Notes: a model not told the origin generated them from the letters alone. DNA of 64,000 nt from Chloroflexia bacterium (GCA_038203825.1 JBBRDO010000007.1:5356-69355); one strand, 5' to 3'. Numbered from the stretch's first letter, positions 29,218 to 39,747 are shown. Program-made: numbers and translations.

Positions 29218-30033
29218 ATGACTATAAAACTACTGGCATTAGACCTGGATGGGACACTTTTCGGTGATGACCTCTTCATCTCGCCGCGCACGCGCAATGC
29301 CATTGCTGACGCCCAAGCTGCAGGCGTAATTGTCACGATCGCAACGGGACGCATGTTTCGCTCGGCACGGCAGGTGGCAGGCGATCTCAAGATTGCGGGG
29401 CCGCTGATCTGCTACCAGGGTGCGCTGATTGAGAACAGCCTAACTGAAGAGATCCTCTTGCACAAGACGATACCCATAGGTATCGCCCATGAGATCGTCC
29501 GCACCTGCGCCGAGGCTCGGCTGCACGTGAATGTATATTCTGATGACAACCTGTATGTATCGGAGATCACACCGGGAGCAAGATTTTACTCGAAGATTAA
29601 CCTGGATCTGCCAATGCATGTGGTTGGCGACCTGAACGAGTGGCTTGACGCGGAAGGTCGCCATGAGCCGACCAAGCTGGTGATCATAACGGAACCTGAG
29701 CAGACGGATAGCACCCTCGCGATGTTCACAAAGATTTACGGCGACCGTACTCAAGTGACCAAATCGCACCCACGCTTCACGGAGCTCACGAACCAGGATG
29801 CTTCGAAAGGACGAGCGCTGGCGATTTTGGCCGAGCGATACGGCATTCCGCGAGAAGAGGTCATGGCGATCGGCGACGGTTACAACGACATGGACATGAT
29901 CGAATGGGCCGGCTGGGGAGTCGCAATGGCGAGCGCGCCCCAGTCAGTACGCGATCTGGCTCGTATAATATCGCCGCCTCTAAGCGAAGACGGGAGCGCC
30001 GACGCAATCGAGCGCTATGTTCTGCAAGCCTAA
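29218..30033 (+). CDS. Cof-type HAD-IIB family hydrolase
   Basis: LDLDGTL motif I and the GDGYNDMDM motif. Confidence 0.8.
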   Translation: MTIKLLALDLDGTLFGDDLFISPRTRNAIADAQAAGVIVTIATGRMFRSARQVAGDLKIAGPLICYQGALIENSLTEEILLHKTIPIGIAHEIVRTCAEARLHVNVYSDDNLYVSEITPGARFYSKINLDLPMHVVGDLNEWLDAEGRHEPTKLVIITEPEQTDSTLAMFTKIYGDRTQVTKSHPRFTELTNQDASKGRALAILAERYGIPREEVMAIGDGYNDMDMIEWAGWGVAMASAPQSVRDLARIISPPLSEDGSADAIERYVLQA

Positions 30034-30090
30034 ACTGAAGACGTAGGAAAAGTTACGGATCAAGATGGGCGGATAAGTTATAATAGCCGC

Positions 30091-31803
30091 ATGAAAACCG
30101 ACGCAGGCAAGTTAGACGCCGGGAACGATCCACCCACCATAGACGAGCACAATACGGGCCGCAGCGAGAATGCGCCGGACAGTGCTATTGCGAGTACTCT
30201 TGCCCAGTCTATTCCTGCCTCCAGCGTAGCACCTGCCGAAGCCAATCCCAAAGGATCAAACGTCGTAAACACCATCCTGAGCAGTCTCAGCCTGGACGAG
30301 TTGCTTGGGAGGATTCTGCTGTCGGTCGTGCTGGCGGTCTTGCTATGGTTTTACGTAACCAGCCTCGAGAATCCTGCCCAGATTACCACCTTTCGTGCCC
30401 TGACCCTCGACGTGAGAGGAATAGCGTCCAACCTTAAGGTGATAAGTGCGCCGTCTACAGTGGATATATCATTCCAGGCCCCGCAGAATGTGCTTGGCAC
30501 GCTGAGCCGCACGAATATCCACCCGTATATCGACCTCAATGGCCTTGGCGCCGGGGTGCATGACTTGCCGGTACAGCTGGATCTGGCGGGCAGTGTTGGC
30601 CAGAACCTGATCAGCTTCAAGATTGACCCGGCCCAGGTGCAGGTGCAGCTTGAAACCCAGGCCACCAACACTTACACGATCACGATAAACGTAACGGGGA
30701 CGCCGGCATTCGGCTATGGTGCGGAACAAGCCCAAGCGGACCCGCAAAAGGTATCGGTCACCGGCTCGGAAAGCGCCATCAACCGCATAGCAAGCGTGGC
30801 AGTATCCGTCGATGTTAGCGATAAGGCAACGACGCAGCGCGGATTCATCGCCCCAACCGCTTTCGATAACGCGGGCACGGAGATTACGGGCCTGACCTTT
30901 ACGCCTGCGACGGTGCAGGTGACAGTCCCAATCAAGCTGCTTCTCAGCAACCGCCTGGTACCGGTGCGCGTGCCAATAGAGGGCAACCCAGCACCCGGTT
31001 ATAGCGTTGATGACATTAAGATCGAACCCACAAACGTGACGATTTGTTGCGCTCCCGGCAACATCCTGGAGAGCATCGAGTCGATCAGCACCCAACCGAT
31101 ATCAATTTCCGGCACGACGTCGACCGTAATATCTCGGACCGCGCTGATCCTGCCGGCAGGCGTCGAACTGTACCCCGGCCAGAGCAGCACGATAACAGTG
31201 ACAATCGGCGTGCGCACGTTTGACACCACATGGCAGTTGTCGGTCACACCCTCTGCGCAGGGCCCACCTCCGGGATACAGTGTGGTGCTCTCGCCCAATA
31301 CGCTGGCGCTCACCCTGGAGGGTACGTTCGCGCAATTCCAGGCTCTCAAGCCCGCAGATGTGACAGCTGTCGTTCCCGTCAGCAACCTGGGGGCGGGAAC
31401 TTACGAGCTAGCGCCCCAGGTAAGCGTTCCTAACGACATCAAGCTCGTGTCTGTTAGCCCTGTTACGGTGACTGTAAGCCTGATCGCGCCTACGCCGGTT
31501 CCACCGACCCCGACTAATACCCCCACAGCAACGCCGATCCGGCCGCCCACGGCAACTTCCACAACTGTTGTCGAGGTGCTACCATCGCCCCAACCAACCA
31601 ATACGGCAAGCCCAACGGCAACAGTCAGCCCGCCACTACCAACTGACACCGAGGTTGTCCCGCAGTTCACGTCAACGCCGGCAGACACGGCCACGCCGAC
31701 GGTACAGCCTACCGACACACCAACGGCTTTACCCACGGGCACACCCGCAGCACAGGGCTCCCCAACTACGGCGCCGCAAGCGATTCCCGCGCCTTCGCGG
31801 TAA
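30091..31803 (+). CDS. YbbR/CdaR-like domain protein with Pro/Thr-rich C-terminal tail
   Basis: N-terminal TM followed by repeated YbbR-like beta modules (ISFQAPQNV, VSVTGSESA...), then a ~110-aa PT-rich low-complexity tail. Confidence 0.6.
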   Translation: MKTDAGKLDAGNDPPTIDEHNTGRSENAPDSAIASTLAQSIPASSVAPAEANPKGSNVVNTILSSLSLDELLGRILLSVVLAVLLWFYVTSLENPAQITTFRALTLDVRGIASNLKVISAPSTVDISFQAPQNVLGTLSRTNIHPYIDLNGLGAGVHDLPVQLDLAGSVGQNLISFKIDPAQVQVQLETQATNTYTITINVTGTPAFGYGAEQAQADPQKVSVTGSESAINRIASVAVSVDVSDKATTQRGFIAPTAFDNAGTEITGLTFTPATVQVTVPIKLLLSNRLVPVRVPIEGNPAPGYSVDDIKIEPTNVTICCAPGNILESIESISTQPISISGTTSTVISRTALILPAGVELYPGQSSTITVTIGVRTFDTTWQLSVTPSAQGPPPGYSVVLSPNTLALTLEGTFAQFQALKPADVTAVVPVSNLGAGTYELAPQVSVPNDIKLVSVSPVTVTVSLIAPTPVPPTPTNTPTATPIRPPTATSTTVVEVLPSPQPTNTASPTATVSPPLPTDTEVVPQFTSTPADTATPTVQPTDTPTALPTGTPAAQGSPTTAPQAIPAPSR

Positions 31804-31908
31804 CGCCAGCCACGCTTAGTGCCAGGTGCATCCCCCGCACTTCGTGTATCTCCAGCTCTCCTTGATAAAGGAGTGGAGCGCGTTCTGGGCGTTTCTACTG
31901 CCTCAGCA

Positions 31909-31917
31909 TGGTATAAT
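31909..31917 (+). promoter_or_regulatory. extended -10 promoter element (TGGTATAAT) upstream of glmS
   Basis: TGnTATAAT ~45 nt upstream of the glmS ATG. GGAGA RBS. Confidence 0.4.
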
Positions 31918-31962
31918 TCATAGAGCAACTGAGAAGGACAATACAAACGGAGATAATACAAA

Positions 31963-33807
31963 ATGTGTGGGATTGTGGGATATGTCGGCCCTCGCGACGC
32001 TACGGAGATCATCGTCGAGGGGCTACACAAACTTGAATACAGGGGCTACGATTCGGCAGGCATAGCAGTACAGGAAAACGGTACCATCCACCTGCGCCGT
32101 GCGGCAGGCAAACTGTCTAATCTTCAGCGCCTGTTGATAAAAGAACCGTTAGAGGGGCAGCGCGGGATCGGGCATACACGCTGGGCCACCCACGGCGGCG
32201 TTAATGAGATAAACGCGCACCCGCACCGCGACTCGTCGGGCGATATTGTGGTGATTCAAAATGGCATCGTGGAGAATTACCTGAGGCTCAAAGAGATGTT
32301 GAAGAAAGCGGGCCACGTGTTCCGCTCGGAGACGGATACTGAAGTGATCCCGCATCTTATCGAGTACCATCTGGCGTCCGGTGCGCCCAACCTGGAAGAA
32401 GCGATGCGTCTGACGCTGGGCGAGATCAAGGGGTCGCACGCGATAGTTGCGATGCGTGCCCAGGAGCCGGAAACCCTGGTAGCTGCGCGGCTGGGCAACG
32501 CAGGTGGCGTAGTAATCGGCTATGGCGAAGGCGAGATGTTTGTGGCGTCCGACCAGCCGGCGATTATCGAGCACACTCGGAAGATGGCATTCCTGGAGCC
32601 GGGTGAAATGGCGATCCTGAACAAAGACAGCGTGTCCTACGAGAAGATAGATGGCACGCCGGTCGAGAAGACTCCGGTAACGGTTGCATGGGACAGCAAT
32701 AGTGCAGCCAAGGATGGCTACAAGCACTACATGCTCAAGGAGATAATGGAGCAGTCGGTCTCTCTGGCCGATACGCTCATTGGGCGCCTGAACCTCGAAA
32801 CGAATAACGTGAACCTGGAAGGAATTCCTTATACGAGGGACGAACTACGCGACTTCAAGAAGGTGCTGATTCTGGCCTGCGGAACAGCGTACCACGCAGC
32901 GCTTGCGGGCAAGTATATATTCGAGCAAGTGGCACGCATCCCGGTCGAAGTAGAATATGGCTCAGAATACCGTTACCGCGACCCCGTTGTCGAACCGGGT
33001 ACACTGGCTATCGCGATTAGCCAGTCGGGCGAAACGGTTGACACGTTAGAAGCTGTTGCCGAGGCGCGTGAAAAGGGAGCGCGGATCACGGTCATAACGA
33101 ATGTGATCGGCAGCCAAGCCGACCGAATTGCCGAAGGGCGCATTCATGTGCAGGCAGGCCCCGAAATCGCTGTGGCCAGCACGAAAGTATACACCGGCAT
33201 GATAGTTGACCAGGTGATGCTTGCTATTGCTCTGGGACGGGCTCGCGGGACGCTGACCGACGAGCGCGCAAGTGAGCTGTTGGATGGCCTGACTAAGCTG
33301 CCGACCCAAGTTGGTGACCTGCTGGCTAAGGAGGATGTTTACGACGATATCGCGTCACGCATTTACAATGCGAAGGACATGCTGTATTTGGGCCGGGGCG
33401 TGAATTTCCCAACAGCCCTGGAAGGCGCGCTGAAGCTGAAGGAAATCAGCTATATACATGCCGAGGGGTGCGCGGCGGGCGAAATGAAGCACGGCATAAA
33501 CGCGCTGATAGACGAGAATGTGCCGGTGGTATGCATCGTCCCCAAAGACCAACTCTACAGCAAGATGCTGAGCAACCTGGAACAGGTGAAGGCCCGCAAC
33601 GGTATGGTGATCGCTATCGCCACCGAAGGTGACGAGGACATCCGCCGCAAAGCCGATGAGGTGATCTATATCCCCGCAGTAGACTACTTGCTGTCGCCCG
33701 TTCTGGCGATAATTCCTCTTCAACTGCTCGCCTATAAGGTGGCAGTTCGTCGGGGTACGGATGTCGATCAGCCGCGTAATCTGGCCAAGTCGGTGACGGT
33801 GGAGTAG
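31963..33807 (+). CDS. glmS: glutamine--fructose-6-phosphate aminotransferase
   Basis: MCGIVGY N-terminal nucleophile and two SIS domains. 614 aa. Confidence 0.9.
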   Translation: MCGIVGYVGPRDATEIIVEGLHKLEYRGYDSAGIAVQENGTIHLRRAAGKLSNLQRLLIKEPLEGQRGIGHTRWATHGGVNEINAHPHRDSSGDIVVIQNGIVENYLRLKEMLKKAGHVFRSETDTEVIPHLIEYHLASGAPNLEEAMRLTLGEIKGSHAIVAMRAQEPETLVAARLGNAGGVVIGYGEGEMFVASDQPAIIEHTRKMAFLEPGEMAILNKDSVSYEKIDGTPVEKTPVTVAWDSNSAAKDGYKHYMLKEIMEQSVSLADTLIGRLNLETNNVNLEGIPYTRDELRDFKKVLILACGTAYHAALAGKYIFEQVARIPVEVEYGSEYRYRDPVVEPGTLAIAISQSGETVDTLEAVAEAREKGARITVITNVIGSQADRIAEGRIHVQAGPEIAVASTKVYTGMIVDQVMLAIALGRARGTLTDERASELLDGLTKLPTQVGDLLAKEDVYDDIASRIYNAKDMLYLGRGVNFPTALEGALKLKEISYIHAEGCAAGEMKHGINALIDENVPVVCIVPKDQLYSKMLSNLEQVKARNGMVIAIATEGDEDIRRKADEVIYIPAVDYLLSPVLAIIPLQLLAYKVAVRRGTDVDQPRNLAKSVTVE

Positions 33808-33923
33808 GCAGTAAGGTTCAGGCTTGCCACTTCTCAGAAGGAGATCTAGTTCACTAATGAGTTGTGAAAATTGAGAAACCCAAACTAGTTTAGCATCGCA
33901 GATACGGGAATTGGAGAAGCCAT

Positions 33924-34466
33924 ATGGCTGACGGAACTAAAGATCTGGGAACATTTGAGGCACGAGTTGGCGAATTGGACGCTCGACGCTGGGCTTGGAA
34001 ATGGTCCCCGCAGAATCCGCTTCCGCAATTGGAAGCTGAAATTCTCCAAGTCTTGGAAGAATTGATCAATATGTACCCTAATGTAACTGAAGAGCAGCGC
34101 AGTTACATCCGTAGGATGATACAAAAACTTCCGGGCGTGGGGATGTATCTACAGGCAGTAGCAGCGGGGGACATAAGGAAATTCAAATCGGATATTGCCC
34201 CTGAACGTCTGTACCCAGCGCTAATTGCCGTGTCGATGGCGAATAGCATCTTTGGAGATTATCGTGACTTTATTGTCCTATTAGGCAGTCTTTGGCTGTG
34301 CGCTGCCCAGGCTCGGATAGATCCTACACCCTATTTTAAATCAGCTGCTGCTCTATCGGATTCTAATGAGATTCTTCTGGATGGACTCTCAATGAAAGCC
34401 TTATTAGCAACCTTCCACAATTCTGCCTACTTCAAGGAAGATGTGCAGCCTTTCTTACCCAAATAA
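33924..34466 (+). CDS. hypothetical protein (low-GC cassette gene 1)
   Basis: 180-aa soluble ORF in a ~47% GC segment. No recognisable family. Confidence 0.45.
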   Translation: MADGTKDLGTFEARVGELDARRWAWKWSPQNPLPQLEAEILQVLEELINMYPNVTEEQRSYIRRMIQKLPGVGMYLQAVAAGDIRKFKSDIAPERLYPALIAVSMANSIFGDYRDFIVLLGSLWLCAAQARIDPTPYFKSAAALSDSNEILLDGLSMKALLATFHNSAYFKEDVQPFLPK

Positions 34467-34536
34467 CGCTCAGGATGCCCGATCGTGTGAAGCTAGGACG
34501 GTGACAGGGGAGTAAGAATCAGCCAAACGTTGGTTT

Positions 34537-34887
34537 GTGATGCATACTGATACCATCGAGAATTTCAGGAAGAATCGTCGACGAACAATGCTTATCTTCC
34601 TCTTGTACACACCATTCTGGATCTTCCTACTGCTATTGACCTTTGCCATTTTCGCCCTGGCTTATGAATTTAGTCGCTCACTTGTGGGCAAGATTTTCAA
34701 TGGGCTGCCTATGGTTATCGGCCTGCTAACCGTTTGGTACACAGGACACAGAACTATGCAGTATGAAAATGAAAATTGGGACCTGAAACGGCTCGCGCTA
34801 CACACCGTACTTAATATAGCAGTTCTGGTGTTGGTGACACTGGCTTTGGTAGGTTGGAGCTACCTTGTTTTTCCTGCGACTTCTTAA
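34537..34887 (+). CDS. hypothetical small membrane protein (low-GC cassette gene 2)
   Basis: 116 aa with a basic N-terminus (RKNRRR) and three predicted TM helices. Confidence 0.4.
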   Translation: MMHTDTIENFRKNRRRTMLIFLLYTPFWIFLLLLTFAIFALAYEFSRSLVGKIFNGLPMVIGLLTVWYTGHRTMQYENENWDLKRLALHTVLNIAVLVLVTLALVGWSYLVFPATS

Positions 34888-34918
34888 TCAAGTGCAATGG
34901 TAGCCATCCTCTCCAGCG

Positions 34919-35758
34919 TTAGTTCTTTTGCCCGCATACCATCAGGCTGACAAAGAGAGCATATTTGTCGGGTGAGGCCTGAAATGCCTGGTGCGCTTCG
35001 TGCAGGATTTCGACGTCGGCCTTGGTTATGGCGCCGAGATCCAGCGCGGGCTTAAATGCGCCGGGATCCCATTCGTCCGGGAAGATTGCCTCGATGCCCA
35101 TACTGTCAGTGTGTACGGGAACCACTTCAAGGTCCATATTTGCGTAACCTGTTGCGGCCATGAGGCGCCAGAGTTGCCTGCCGATTCGAGGGTTGCCACC
35201 ACGCTCGCTTCGAGACTCGTGGAGGCGCGCCTCGATGGCCTCGGCGTCCGGGTTGTTTGGTTCGACGATCTCGCCCAGGCCAATGTCGATGTCGTTGATG
35301 ACAAGCTTGCCCCCAGGCTTCAGGACGCGGCAAATCTCAGCCAGGGCGGCACGAGGATCACGAAGGTGCTGGAAGACAAAGCGAGCGACGGCGAAGTCAA
35401 AGGTGTCATCAGGTATGTCCATCTTCGCGAGGTCACCCTGTATGATGGTATAGCGACTTTCGAGGCCTTTGCTTTGCAGATATTGCTCCGCAGGGCGGAT
35501 GAGGTCCGGGTCGATCTCCACACAGGTTATGTGGCTGTTGGGGCAAAGGACGATAAGTTGCTCTGTGACAAAACCTGGGCCACTCCCCAGTTCAAGTATG
35601 GACATCCCATCGACCAGACCGAACCACGACAGATTGCGTGACTCTTTATCCCAGCCCCAGAGGGCCTGGCCGCGCAGCCGCTCGATCTCTTTCTCGATGT
35701 TGTCGTTCATATCGCTCGCTCTGTAAGGAATTGTTGGTTCGGTACCAATGTTCGCCAT
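34919..35758 (-). CDS. class I SAM-dependent methyltransferase
   Basis: Motif I ILELGSGPGFVT and VLKPGGKLVINDID. Start at ATG 35758 with a GGGGGT RBS. Confidence 0.75.
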   Translation of the reverse strand: MANIGTEPTIPYRASDMNDNIEKEIERLRGQALWGWDKESRNLSWFGLVDGMSILELGSGPGFVTEQLIVLCPNSHITCVEIDPDLIRPAEQYLQSKGLESRYTIIQGDLAKMDIPDDTFDFAVARFVFQHLRDPRAALAEICRVLKPGGKLVINDIDIGLGEIVEPNNPDAEAIEARLHESRSERGGNPRIGRQLWRLMAATGYANMDLEVVPVHTDSMGIEAIFPDEWDPGAFKPALDLGAITKADVEILHEAHQAFQASPDKYALFVSLMVCGQKN

Positions 35759-36032
35759 CGTTATTACCCCCGATGTTGCAGGAATGGCCATTCCCGATCT
35801 GTTGCTCAGATAAGACCTAATGTTCCTTCGCAGTATATCTTTGGGCGATGGCAACTTGATCGGCCACAAAGCCGATCTTCCGGCGCCAAATATGTGGTAT
35901 AATTAAATCCAGAGGCGTGGACCCGTAATTGGATCCACGCCTTGTTCTTTCCCCTATTGCCAATCGTTGGGTCTATGCGGTAGATGATGCAACTGGTCGA
36001 TTAGCTTGCGAGTGGCACGTGCTGCTCGGCTC

Positions 36033-37025
36033 TTACTTTCGGCCCTTGCTGAGCCGAGCCGCGACCCGCACGGGCAGCGCGCCCAGCGTCTTTTCCTGTT
36101 TGCTGATGCGTCGTTCTAGCGTGGCGATGTGACGATTCTTCTCCTCAAGTATCCGTTCCATTTGCGCGATGTACTCATTTTTGGCGACGACATTCTCGCT
36201 GAGGCCCAACCAGTCTGCGTAGGGCAGGACAGCAGCACCTCGTACCTCCGCCACGCCCTTATGGGAGGCCATGTCAGATGCCTGCTGTTGCTTCCAGGCG
36301 GCCAATCTCTCCAGGACCGCAGGATTTAACGCAGTTGCCGGACGGTCGTAGCCCTCGTGTTCGCGCTTTTTGCCGAGCGCTACTACCAATGCCGGATTTT
36401 CATCGCCCAGGTGTATATCATCGAAGCCGGCACCTTCCATAAACTTGCGCATCTCTGGAACAGAACTAAACTGGCTCACGTGCTCAGGTCGGTTCCCTAA
36501 CGGAAAAGCCTCGATGAGCACCATGAAGTCGTGCCAGGCCTCAGGTGCAGCGATGTTCTAAGTATCGAAGTAGGCTCTGCCGCCGGGCGCCAGCACGCGA
36601 TAAGTCTCGCGCATGTAGTTGAACATTTCCGCTTTGTCCAGGTGCATGAACACAATGGTTGAATAGACGCAATCAAAGTATCCGTCGTTGAAGATGCTGA
36701 GGTTGGGTTCCGGAAGCTCGTGCAGGTATATGTTCGGAATGTCCTCTGTTCGGGCACGGGCGAACTTGATCATGTTGCCTGATATATCTGACCCGTGCCA
36801 CTCAGCGCAGAAGGGCGCAAGTTCGTGCCCAATGCGCGCTACACCGCAGCCAATCTCAAGAACGCGATCGGTAGACTCAATCTACAGCACAGAGCGCAGG
36901 AAATCAGCTGTATGCTGCCCATTGCTCCGTATTGCTTCTTCATCCTCGTCGCGGTAACCAACCACAAACAGTGCATCCGCAAAAGTACCGCTCAGATTGT
37001 TCCAGACTGCCTTGTAGTCTTTCAT
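36033..37025 (-). pseudogene. class I SAM-dependent methyltransferase gene with two in-frame TAG codons
   Basis: Continuous 331-codon frame from ATG 37025 (AAGGAG RBS) to TAA 36033. Motif I VLEIGCGV and VLAPGGRAYFDT. TAG at 36884..36882 and 36560..36558. No frameshifts. Confidence 0.6.
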
Positions 37026-37035
37026 CTATATCTCC

Positions 37036-39648
37036 TTAGGGGGTAAGCGTCAGGACGCCTGCCGGGTCAACAGCGATCTGCTCTTTGGTCCAGCGTAAGG
37101 GGAAGTACTGGTAATTCAACCAGGGTAGGTACATATTGTCGCGGTACTTGCTGCCCGGCTGGCCCGACTCGCCCGTCGCAAAAATCGCTTCCGACTTCGT
37201 CCAGTCCGAGAGATCGAGGATCGTACGGTAGGACTGGTGGCCTGAGATCGCGAAGGCCTGCAAGGGGAAGGCGGCCACCGGAAGATCGTAGGAACCGATC
37301 GATACCGTGGTGTTGTCGCCACCTATTGGCTGGGCAGTGAGAGTAAATAAGCCACCAATCAAAGGTTGTTGACTGAACTCATGCGAAGGCTCGATAAGAT
37401 GCAGTTTGCCCCACTGCCACTGGCTCATGTCACTACCCATGACGGTCGCAAGGTCACCCAGCGCCGCGCTCAGCGATGTAAGCAGGATATCGTCCCGTGT
37501 CTCCACCTTCGAGGTTGACTTGTCGTCCCAGAGTGGATCGTTCGGCTTGTCCAGCAGGTTCGCGACCGACAGTAGTGCTTCGCCTCTGAAGCTGTCGAGG
37601 TACTGGGCAAAGAGGTTGCTTGTATCTGCGTTAAAGGTGCGGCCTAGCTCGTCGCTAAAGGTGCGCGTCAACACCTGGTGGTAGGTTATCTCGTAGATGG
37701 CGGCTGCCGCGCTGTCAGAAGTCACATTGCCGTCCCACGCCTTCAGCAGGGCTACGGCCTGAGTGCCCTGGTCATCGGCGGGCTTTAACGCAGTGAGCAT
37801 GGGCAACACCTGTTTCGCGAGCAGGGACGTGGTATCACGCTGCATCGCTTCCATGTCGCTGATGCTGAGCTTGTCCTTGCTCTTGAGCATTTCGAGGATG
37901 CGGTCTATCCGCCAGGGTTTCGCATAGTAGCCCGGGACGATGTACTTGTAACTGCTGGAAAAGGGGGTGTTGTTGGCGGTAGCTATATAGTGCTCGGGAG
38001 GATTATAGACGCTGGGCAACTCGTCGAACGGTATGTAGCCCGTCCAATCGTACTCGCCGGTCCAGGCAGGGACGGGTACCGAGCCGTCGCCCTTCTTGCG
38101 TATTGGCAATTTGCCTGTTGCCTGGTAGCCGATATTGCCCTGTGTGTCGGCGTATACAAAGTTCTGGCCCGGCACGTCCCATTCAGAGAGGGCTTTTTTG
38201 AAGTCGGTCCAGTTCTGCGCGGTTTGCAGGTCGAACACCGACTCGAAGAGATGCGTTGGCTGCAAGACCGTCCACTGCACGGAGAAGGTGCCCGTGATGG
38301 CCGAACTGAGGGTGGGAGTCACGGGGAATGCATCGCTCACAATCGGGCCGTGATCGGTGATGCGGATCGTCTGCGTGACAGAGTCGGCTCCATGCACCTT
38401 GATGGTTTCGGTGATTATTTGCAGGGGCTTCCAACCGGCGGCCGTCTCGAACTGGCCCGGGTGGGCGGGGTCGTCAGCGTGTTCGAGATAGATGTCTTCA
38501 ACGTCGGCTTCACCGTTGGTCACGCCCCAGGCTATTGACTGGTTGTGCCCGGTGATGATGCCCGGCACGCCTGCAAACCCGAAGCCGTCATCATCATACT
38601 TGCCGTCGGTGGTGGTCAGGTGTATCTGGTACCAGATAGAAGGATTGCGCACTCCAAGATGGGGATCATTGGCGAGCAAAGGCTTGCCCGTGGTGGTTTT
38701 GGTGCCGTCTACGACCCAGTTATTTGAGCCGATCCCATCGTCCCAACCCGCGAGAAGCGGAGCGATAAAGTCATTGTACTGAGAGATGATGTTCTTGTAA
38801 GAACCGCTTCCGGTCCCCGGCACAATGACAGGACCATCGGCAGGGTAGCCTGGCAACAGGGTTGCCGCCACGTCTGCCCCAACAGCCTTCACGATGTCGG
38901 CCTTGACCAGTTCATTCAACCAGGTATCGGTCAGGTCGCGGCCTTCCATCTTGCCGAAAGTGAGGGTGTCTACGGGCTTCCAATCCTCGAAACCGATCCC
39001 CAGCAACGTGAATTCGAGCGGCAGGCTATCGGCGTGCGAGTGGACGAAGGCGTTTACTCCGTCAGCGTACCATTGCAACGCCTGCTGCACGTCCGGCCGC
39101 AACTGGTCATATTCGGCCTGGGCAGAGCGGGCAAACCCGAGGGTGCGCAGATAGCGGTCGCTGTCCACAAGGCCGGGACTGAAGAGCTCTGACAGGCGCC
39201 CCTGCCCGGCAGTTCTGAAGAAGAACATCTGGTACAGTCTGTCCTGGGCATGGACGTAACCCTGCGCCATATAGAGGTCTTGAAGCTCGTTCGCGACTAT
39301 ATGGGGCACGCCATTGGCATCACGAGTTACGGTGACGTTGGCGGTCAAGCCGGGCAACTTTGCCGACCCGTTTATAGTAGGCAGCGGCCTATTAATCTGG
39401 ATCCAAACGTACAGGGCAATTCCGCCGGCCACGAGCAGGATGAACACGCCGAGGCCGATCAAGATGTTTCGGCGCCGCTTGCTGCGCGGCCTGGACACCA
39501 TGCCCGTGGTAGGAGCGGAAGCACCGTCGCCGGAGCCTCCTGAGCTCACGGTTACCGCGCCTGCGTTGGACGACGAGCGGGTGACACGGCTTGCACCCGT
39601 ACTCGCCTTGCGGGCGCCACTACCCGACCCCGGACGCTGCTTTGCCAT
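37036..39648 (-). CDS. penicillin acylase family protein (Ntn-hydrolase; penicillin/AHL amidase-like)
   Basis: ~870 aa. Ser/Gly-rich N-terminus plus TM, then a penicillin amidase-like domain. Start at ATG 39648 with a GGAGG RBS. Confidence 0.8.
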   Translation of the reverse strand: MAKQRPGSGSGARKASTGASRVTRSSSNAGAVTVSSGGSGDGASAPTTGMVSRPRSKRRRNILIGLGVFILLVAGGIALYVWIQINRPLPTINGSAKLPGLTANVTVTRDANGVPHIVANELQDLYMAQGYVHAQDRLYQMFFFRTAGQGRLSELFSPGLVDSDRYLRTLGFARSAQAEYDQLRPDVQQALQWYADGVNAFVHSHADSLPLEFTLLGIGFEDWKPVDTLTFGKMEGRDLTDTWLNELVKADIVKAVGADVAATLLPGYPADGPVIVPGTGSGSYKNIISQYNDFIAPLLAGWDDGIGSNNWVVDGTKTTTGKPLLANDPHLGVRNPSIWYQIHLTTTDGKYDDDGFGFAGVPGIITGHNQSIAWGVTNGEADVEDIYLEHADDPAHPGQFETAAGWKPLQIITETIKVHGADSVTQTIRITDHGPIVSDAFPVTPTLSSAITGTFSVQWTVLQPTHLFESVFDLQTAQNWTDFKKALSEWDVPGQNFVYADTQGNIGYQATGKLPIRKKGDGSVPVPAWTGEYDWTGYIPFDELPSVYNPPEHYIATANNTPFSSSYKYIVPGYYAKPWRIDRILEMLKSKDKLSISDMEAMQRDTTSLLAKQVLPMLTALKPADDQGTQAVALLKAWDGNVTSDSAAAAIYEITYHQVLTRTFSDELGRTFNADTSNLFAQYLDSFRGEALLSVANLLDKPNDPLWDDKSTSKVETRDDILLTSLSAALGDLATVMGSDMSQWQWGKLHLIEPSHEFSQQPLIGGLFTLTAQPIGGDNTTVSIGSYDLPVAAFPLQAFAISGHQSYRTILDLSDWTKSEAIFATGESGQPGSKYRDNMYLPWLNYQYFPLRWTKEQIAVDPAGVLTLTP

Positions 39649-39747
39649 AATTAGCCTCCACACAAAACCAGATAAACGAACAAAAAAAGAGGCCTGAGTA
39701 AAGCCTGCGGCGAACTACTCGACCTCACATACAGTAGGGCATTGGAG

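Noticed and set aside
31804-31962. glmS ribozyme upstream of glmS
   Set aside because: Conserved glmS ribozyme core elements are not apparent. The interval looks like a plain promoter plus 45-nt leader. This ribozyme is also mainly a Firmicutes feature.
36558-36773. Separate 71-aa and 163-aa ORFs
   Set aside because: They are the middle and C-terminal parts of one methyltransferase frame interrupted by TAG codons. I merged them into the 36033-37025 feature.
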